From: Histomonas meleagridis 2922-C6/04-290x
Taxonomy: Eukaryota > Protista > Parabasalia
DNA length: 64,000 bases
Direction of reading: 5' to 3'
Assembly (NCBI GenBank): GCA_020184695.1
Contig: JAANOX010000082.1
Span: 62,001 to 126,000 of the forward strand
Under the pieces are notes generated by a model. That model was not told where the DNA came from. It did not search any database and worked only from the letters and a program-made list of their open reading frames with translations. Both the position numbers and the translations under genes were made by a program. Below are positions 57,390-64,000 of the stretch, piece after piece; the first letter of the stretch is position 1, and every line of letters begins with the position of its first letter.

Positions 57390-59276
57390 GTTTCAGCTTG
57401 TAATATATATATAGACCTTCACCAATTACACATCGGCTATCTCAAAAGTTTAAAATCTCACGGTTAAACTTTTAAAAACCTGTTGTTTTATTGTCGTTTT
57501 TCAAACCAATTTTGAAATATTTCTATCGATTTTTTAAGACGATAATCAAAGAAACAGCTTTATAACATTATATTTTCACTTTTAAATAACATAATGAATA
57601 TATGTTATAGAACTGAATTTATGCTTTAATTTGGTGTGCTGTTCATTTATCTAAGATGTTTCCATCATCATAAAATTAACACTTTTTTAAAACATTGGCA
57701 ATTCTGTTATTTCTTGCTTTTAAAGTTTATTATTATATATATAATAAACAAAATATAAGGAGTTCTTCATGTCCGAAATCAATTACATTGTATCTTTAAT
57801 TTAAAAGATATTTTTTGATTTTGAGAATAATGAATTCAAGTAAAGTTCATCCCAATTCATTCAAAAGCTAACATTTAATGTATTGACAATTATAATTCAA
57901 AATTATTGATCGTTGTTCAACAATATTTACCTTATTATATTTAAAGTCAGTGATACTATTTAAACATCATAAAATTCAAAATTTCATATTTAAATAAACG
58001 AATTCAAAGCATTCTAAAGTCAAAATGATATTATCCTTAATATGATTTCATTTTATTTTATATGACAACACATAATTTGTATAAAAATTAAATTAAAAAA
58101 TTTCATTATTACACATTTTATTCATAGCCAATTGTCTTCATCTTCTTTCACAATATCTTCAACTAAACTATTTACTTCTTCAATTTGCTTTGTACTTGAC
58201 GTTGTCGTGTCCTTAAATTGTAACTTTGAATTCGATTTTTCTTTCTTGTTATTACTTTTCACTAAAAATATAACAATTCCAACAATGATCAAAACAAATG
58301 CAAATGATCCGCAAATAATTCCAATCAAAGCATTCGTCGTAATTCCATTTGGCGAATTTTCATTGGAAGTGTAAAACATTGTAAAGAAATTGGAATAATA
58401 ATTATAATAAGTCGAATAAATAACAATCGTATAATTGTAATAAATAAATTCTGTTTCAATGTATGAAAATGTCGAATTATTTATATATAATGAAAATGTT
58501 TTCGTTTGTGTTTCATAAATAGTTAATGAATGTGTAATTGATAATGTAATTGTTAATGTGTATGAAAATGATATTGAAATATCACTTTGAAGTGATGCAG
58601 TAAATGTATTCGATTGATTAAATGAATGCGTTGGAAGTGGTTCACATGTTCCTTCTGTGTTGTCTTTGGCAACATTTAAATTTCCAAATTTACTTCCTAC
58701 ATATGTTGGATATGTGATAACACTTGTAAAAACATTAGAAAATGCACTTTCTCCAATTTCTGGTTCTGAATCTCCATAATAATAAATGCATTGAAGATTA
58801 TAACAATTACCAAATGCCGAACTTCCAATATTTTTTATTCCATAGCCAAGTGTTAATAAAGTTAAATTAGAACATGATGAAAATGCATAACTTCCAATTG
58901 TTGTAACTGAATTTGGAATTGTAATGTTTTTGATTGATGAACAAAATGAAAATGCTCCACCACCAATTTCTGTAACATTTTCTCCAATTATAATCGTAAC
59001 TAATTTAGAACATGACGAAAATGCATAACCTCCAATAGATGATACTGAATTACCAAAATCAACTGAAACAACTGAAGGCCATCCTGAAAATGAACCACTT
59101 GGAATTGAATAAATATTTTCACTGATAATTATATATTTCACAATATTTTTATATTGAGAAATTTCATTAAATTCATTTGAATTTTTGATTGTAAGTGTTA
59201 AATTATTTTCATTATATATTTGATAAGAGTTCATGAAAAACATAACAAAAATTAAAATATTTTCAGTTTTTTTCTT
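55876..59276. repeat. ~900-bp direct duplication (55876-56783 vs 58369-59276, offset 2493)
   Basis: Nearly identical except a few substitutions and a diverged patch of about 70 nt; flanks differ. Confidence 0.9.
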
Positions 59277-59789
59277 TTCGTTTGCTTTCAATTTATTCAT
59301 TAAAAATTTGATTTCATAAAAGAAAAAAAATCCCAAAATAAAAAAGTTATAAGTTAGAACTTGAGCATTTTCATTGAATTTGTACATTTTTTTCATGAAA
59401 TTATTATTCATTGAAATTGGTAAATGAGCTTTTAATGAAAAATGATTAAATGTCAAAGAAAAGAATTTGAAATAATGTTTAACATATGATATCGGTAACT
59501 TTAATAAATAGGAATGATGCTGATATTCTTCTGTGATATAATTAAATGTATTTGATTCATTCGCTGTTTGCATAATAAATTTTGTGATTTTAATGGATAC
59601 ACACTCTTTGTTATGGGCTGAGATAGGTAAGCATGTATACCCTTTGGATTCTAAAGTGAAATAAGGAGAATGTTTGAGAGTTTGAGAACTAGATAATTGA
59701 TCACTAAAAATCCTTGAACCTGAATTTTTTGGAGAGGTTTGTAACAAGCAAAAGAAATACATGGGTAAAACCAGAAAGAAAGAACACAT
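58122..59789 (-). CDS. BspA-like LRR surface protein, paralogue of 55602-57389
   Basis: Near-identical LRR/stalk core with a different N-terminal extension and a different TM/tail (LIGIICGSFAF...EDEDNWL). Confidence 0.85.
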   Translation of the reverse strand: MCSFFLVLPMYFFCLLQTSPKNSGSRIFSDQLSSSQTLKHSPYFTLESKGYTCLPISAHNKECVSIKITKFIMQTANESNTFNYITEEYQHHSYLLKLPISYVKHYFKFFSLTFNHFSLKAHLPISMNNNFMKKMYKFNENAQVLTYNFFILGFFFFYEIKFLMNKLKANEKKKTENILIFVMFFMNSYQIYNENNLTLTIKNSNEFNEISQYKNIVKYIIISENIYSIPSGSFSGWPSVVSVDFGNSVSSIGGYAFSSCSKLVTIIIGENVTEIGGGAFSFCSSIKNITIPNSVTTIGSYAFSSCSNLTLLTLGYGIKNIGSSAFGNCYNLQCIYYYGDSEPEIGESAFSNVFTSVITYPTYVGSKFGNLNVAKDNTEGTCEPLPTHSFNQSNTFTASLQSDISISFSYTLTITLSITHSLTIYETQTKTFSLYINNSTFSYIETEFIYYNYTIVIYSTYYNYYSNFFTMFYTSNENSPNGITTNALIGIICGSFAFVLIIVGIVIFLVKSNNKKEKSNSKLQFKDTTTSSTKQIEEVNSLVEDIVKEDEDNWL

Positions 59790-60456
59790 TTGCGAGAAAA
59801 CTTGAGAAACTTGCTAATAAATCAGTCAAAAACGATACATAGAGTTTCAACCGCGCCGCGTTTTCGTCGGTTCGTTGGTTTAACTTTAATTGATGCATGT
59901 TTTGTTGTTTTTGCGATCGGAAGCTGTTTACAAAACTGAAAACGTAATGTTTTTATTGAAAAGTGACAGAAAGTTCCCTCATTTCAATTGCCAAAACAAC
60001 AAAAAAAAATGAAAGAAAGTGGTGTCGCTCGACATCAACAAACGGTAACTTATGAAAGAAAAACGCTCAAAAAGTTCGCTTCAATTAACAGAAATGAAGT
60101 ATTGAATTTTGAATGCAAGTTTTGGGGACTCCTATAAACGGCCACGTTTTTTTTTTTAAACCAACTGGATTAAGCTTGCTTGAACTAATAATTTGCTATC
60201 AATTATGTACTGAATCAACCAAGAAATACATATAATCATAAATTCATTTCCGCTAACAATTTCACAATTTCAATTGAATATTTAGAATCGGAATTATACA
60301 AGAATAAGCTTCGTGTTGTTTGATGAGCAAAGCAAAAAGGTTGAAATATATGTTTTTACAGAATGCGATGTGTTTCGAATATTCAATAATAAATAAATAT
60401 TTTAACATTAAAGAATAAATTTATATATATAATATAAACAGAAAATAACAAATTTT

Positions 60457-60840
60457 TTACACATTCAAATACATTAAATAGTTTCTTTTTCTTTTGCGAA
60501 TCCACCGCAATTTCAGTAATATACATTTGAAAAATTGTTCATTGAATTTTTTAATGATTTCATCTTCTGCTAAATCAAATGATTGAAAATATTTTATAAT
60601 TTCATATGAGCAAATTGTAGAAGTATAACTTCGGCCAAGTCCATCAAATACACAAAACAAATCAAAGTTTGGAATTATATTAGGAAACACGACTAATGAA
60701 TCTTCCATAGTATCTCTATGACCTTTAAGTTCTTTTAATATTGAGATTTCATTAAATAATGAATCAACTTCTTGTAATGATGATTGCAATAATGAAATTA
60801 TTTTGAAATTTTGTATCATTTGTAACATGTCATCGCTCAT
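60457..60840 (-). pseudogene. Truncated PP2C phosphatase fragment
   Basis: GHRDTMED...FCVFDGLG (canonical MED...DGHG); ends before the GDS and later Asp motifs. Confidence 0.6.
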
Positions 60841-60886
60841 TTTGAAGTTTTCTCATTAAAAATTGCAGTTGCAGTTATTTCTTTAT

Positions 60887-63811
60887 TTAAATGAATTGAT
60901 GTTCTTTAAATATTTCACTTACGGCAGCTGCTGCGTCATCGTTTACTTTCATTGAACCAAAACCAACCAAACCGAATGGCTTTGGCTTCTTTGGGTTGTT
61001 ATCTATTTTGAGTGGTGCAATTTTCTTTTGGTCGATCAATGGTTTAAATGCATCTTTTAATTCGTCGGCGACTTCTTTTGTTACCAATCCATAAAAGAAC
61101 TTATTGGACAATACCATCATTGACTTTCCTTCGACTTCTTCTTTCTTTTTATCTTTAATTGCGTTATCCAAACCAGACAAGTAAATTGTGGCGTTTTGTT
61201 CTGTACTTTTGATGATGAACTTCTTATTATTCTTTGCTAAACCTAAAGATACATTTAAGTATAAATTCTCAACAAGTAAATTCTTTGATTGTGACATAAA
61301 TGAGTTTCGTTCTGTGAAGAATCGTTGGCAATTCTTTTCAAGGTCTTCTTTTGATACTCCATATAAGTTTTGTAAGTTACGAATAATACGCATATCTTGA
61401 TGATGTGAATCGATTGCGAGTTTTCCTGCAACAAATTCAATACGGAAAACTCCATCTGCGACTTTGTTAGCTTGAACAATTTTAACTGATCCGATTTCAT
61501 ATAATGAATCACAATGTGTACCACAACATGCTTCAGTATCAATGCCATTAATATCGACAACACGGATAGCATTACCTGGTATAGCTCCTCCTTGATATAA
61601 TACAAATCCCCAACGTCCTTCTGCTTCTTTTCGGGAGTACACTTTTTTATAAACCTTTGAACCACTGAGTATTAATTCATTTGCTACTCGATCGATTTCT
61701 AATAATTGTTCATATGATGGTAATTCATAATGTGTTAAGTCAATATGTGCACCATATTTAGTTTTCTTGGCACCATTTTGCCAAACATGTGGACCAAGTA
61801 CTCGACGTGCTGCTGCAGCAATTACATGTGTAGCTGTATGTTGTACACGTAATATTTCACGAACTTCTTTATCGACTTCTTGGAATGCTTCTTCTCCTTC
61901 AATGTTTGGATCAACATCTGTTTTCATTATGAAGATTACTACATTTCGGACTTTTTCGATTTCGGAGATTTCATATTTAACATTTTTAACTGTTATAAAT
62001 CCTTCATCATGTTGTTGACCTCCACCTGTTGGATATAATATTGTTGAATCACAAACAAATGATTTTTTGTTAATTACCTTAAGAACTTTAGCTGTATGTG
62101 TATATACATGTTCATATTCCGGTAAATTATATAACTCTTTGGTAGCTGGTAAATTACTTACATCATATTGTGATTGTTGTAACATTTTTCCAGTACGAAT
62201 ACGATGTTCATCAAACTTCAACCATAAATCATCTGGCGCTTGTTGCCCTGAAAATTCGGATATTTCTGCTGGATCTAATCCATATGATTCAATTGCTAAG
62301 ATCCAGTCATTAATTGTTAATGTCTTATCACCTTTCTTTTTATCAATTAATGACTTCAACATACTAATGCTCTTAACTTTACCAGTTGTCCATCTTTCAT
62401 ATTCTAACTTAATAACTGTCTCTAAGCAGCGAATGTTCTTAAACTCAGGAACAAATCCTTTAAGTCCATTAATGTGACTCTTAAATAAGCCAATGATTCC
62501 TTCGACGCCGCCAATCTTTTCGAGCCAATTACGTTTCTTTAAGATTGCAAATACACGGCGAAGAACATTACGGATATTACCACCGCCGCCGACATTTGAT
62601 GGTAATGCGCCATCTTCAATTGCAAACAAACATGTGCGGGTATGATCGCAGATGATGATAAGATCTGAAAATTGTTTAAGTTCTTCTTGGAAACGTTCAA
62701 GTTTCGTCTTGTTTGGATCATCTTCGCATGGACAATTTAGTCCCATCTTTTCGCCAATTTTAAGCCATGAGCCACTGACGTCATCATTTTCATCTACATC
62801 AAATAACGCTGTGTATTGCGCAAATTGACGGAAATGTTCCGTATCAATTGGTACTCCAAGTTTGGCGCTTAATTCAGGTAACATGTAATCAAAGACATAG
62901 ATATATGATGTCCAGCCTCCATTAATGAGCCATGGAATTCGTTCTAAGCCAATACCAACATCAATAACTTTGGTATCAATTGGTGTAAATTTATAATCAG
63001 GTGAAACAGCATATTCCGTGAAAACCATATTACCAATCTCAAGGCCACCATAAAAGAACTCAACACAAGCGCCACAGTTACCTCCACCTTGCCATACATC
63101 TTCAATAAATGTTAGGCCATCTTTCTTAAGATGAAGAGTTTCGATGCACCATCGATAGTTGTTTTCAATGCAGCTGTCTTTCCAATAGATTTCTTCAATT
63201 TCGTCATATGGAGGTTGTGGTGGATGTGTATGATCAGCATGGTTAAAGACTTGAATACCAAGCATGTTAAAGCCGGAATAATGACGACCTGTAACACCGA
63301 TGTTATCAAGATCATTGAAACGAAGGCAAAATTGACATTGAATAAGTGGGTTACCTGGTGGTTCGGATTCACCAGAAACACAAAATGGTTGGTAACAATA
63401 AATACCAGCTGCTACAAAGTCAACATCACTACGCCATCGTGCAACAACTGGGTATCGGGGTACGACTGTATGAGGAACACGAGTAGTGGTGAACGATTTT
63501 TGGAAGTCTTCCCAAGCTTGATAATAAGTAATCTTTTGATTGGTGTTTTCTTGATTGATGAATGAATAACCTCCAGCACAAATGCTATCACCGCAATTGT
63601 CACGAGTAGGATCAGATGACCAGAAGTATTTGTGACATTTCTTGCATTGTAATCTTGTGAATCCTTGTGAAGATAAGAATTTTGTTGGCCATGGACTTTT
63701 ACCTTCGGCCATTAATTGATTAAAGAATACTCTAGCTTTCGATTTGACTTCAGATGGTGTTAATGGAACTGGTCCATTATCCTTCTTTTGAGCAGCTTTT
63801 GCTGGGCTCAT
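60887..63811 (-). CDS. AlaRS: Alanyl-tRNA synthetase, archaeal-type
   Basis: N-terminal CxxC..C..C Zn motif, VVARWRSD, QFCLRFNDLDNIGVTGRHYSGF, IDVGIGLERI, DHTRT, editing HTATH and CCGTH. Confidence 0.95.
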   Translation of the reverse strand: MSPAKAAQKKDNGPVPLTPSEVKSKARVFFNQLMAEGKSPWPTKFLSSQGFTRLQCKKCHKYFWSSDPTRDNCGDSICAGGYSFINQENTNQKITYYQAWEDFQKSFTTTRVPHTVVPRYPVVARWRSDVDFVAAGIYCYQPFCVSGESEPPGNPLIQCQFCLRFNDLDNIGVTGRHYSGFNMLGIQVFNHADHTHPPQPPYDEIEEIYWKDSCIENNYRWCIETLHLKKDGLTFIEDVWQGGGNCGACVEFFYGGLEIGNMVFTEYAVSPDYKFTPIDTKVIDVGIGLERIPWLINGGWTSYIYVFDYMLPELSAKLGVPIDTEHFRQFAQYTALFDVDENDDVSGSWLKIGEKMGLNCPCEDDPNKTKLERFQEELKQFSDLIIICDHTRTCLFAIEDGALPSNVGGGGNIRNVLRRVFAILKKRNWLEKIGGVEGIIGLFKSHINGLKGFVPEFKNIRCLETVIKLEYERWTTGKVKSISMLKSLIDKKKGDKTLTINDWILAIESYGLDPAEISEFSGQQAPDDLWLKFDEHRIRTGKMLQQSQYDVSNLPATKELYNLPEYEHVYTHTAKVLKVINKKSFVCDSTILYPTGGGQQHDEGFITVKNVKYEISEIEKVRNVVIFIMKTDVDPNIEGEEAFQEVDKEVREILRVQHTATHVIAAAARRVLGPHVWQNGAKKTKYGAHIDLTHYELPSYEQLLEIDRVANELILSGSKVYKKVYSRKEAEGRWGFVLYQGGAIPGNAIRVVDINGIDTEACCGTHCDSLYEIGSVKIVQANKVADGVFRIEFVAGKLAIDSHHQDMRIIRNLQNLYGVSKEDLEKNCQRFFTERNSFMSQSKNLLVENLYLNVSLGLAKNNKKFIIKSTEQNATIYLSGLDNAIKDKKKEEVEGKSMMVLSNKFFYGLVTKEVADELKDAFKPLIDQKKIAPLKIDNNPKKPKPFGLVGFGSMKVNDDAAAAVSEIFKEHQFI

Positions 63812-64000
63812 TTTTTAAGTGGGAAATTTGATAAAGTTCGGTTTGGCCGGGCGATTCAAAAGAAGCAAACAAATATCGCTTCAAAAAGTTTGTAGTGTGG
63901 CAAAAGAAATTGATGAAATTAATCGTTCGTCTATTTATCTTAGTGAAAAATAAAATATGAAATCATTTTTATCTGTCATTCGTGAATTAATTTGATATTT

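Noticed and set aside
1-64000. tRNA, rRNA or snRNA genes, reverse transcriptase, intein
   Set aside because: No cloverleaf/T-loop, rRNA-like GC block, RT motifs or intein termini seen by eye; a covariance-model scan was not possible.

Overview
AT-rich eukaryotic DNA from a parabasalid (Tritrichomonas/Histomonas-like; inferred from an IBP39 orthologue, a hydrogenosomal-type succinyl-CoA synthetase beta, an archaeal-type AlaRS, BspA-like LRR proteins and trichomonad intron motifs). It holds about 25 genes: xanthine dehydrogenase, PepD, an acyltransferase, a DUF5690 MFS-like transporter, a DYRK/YAK kinase, an EF-hand protein, and Sel1, ARM, ankyrin and BspA repeat proteins. It also holds several pseudogenes (P-loop GTPase, ankyrin, histone H2A, PP2C), a 364-bp TTAA-flanked MITE and two canonical GT-AG introns (24 and 60 nt). 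The main signal is in the ankyrin genes: intact single-repeat 'exons' are separated, always in the beta-hairpin linker just before the TAL/TPL motif, by AT-rich inserts with no usable GT-AG boundaries. Ten such inserts at three loci all measure 20n+11 nt by my hand count, suggesting a non-canonical intron or excision system built from 20-nt units. Splice junctions and family assignments are by eye and need RNA-seq and HMM searches.
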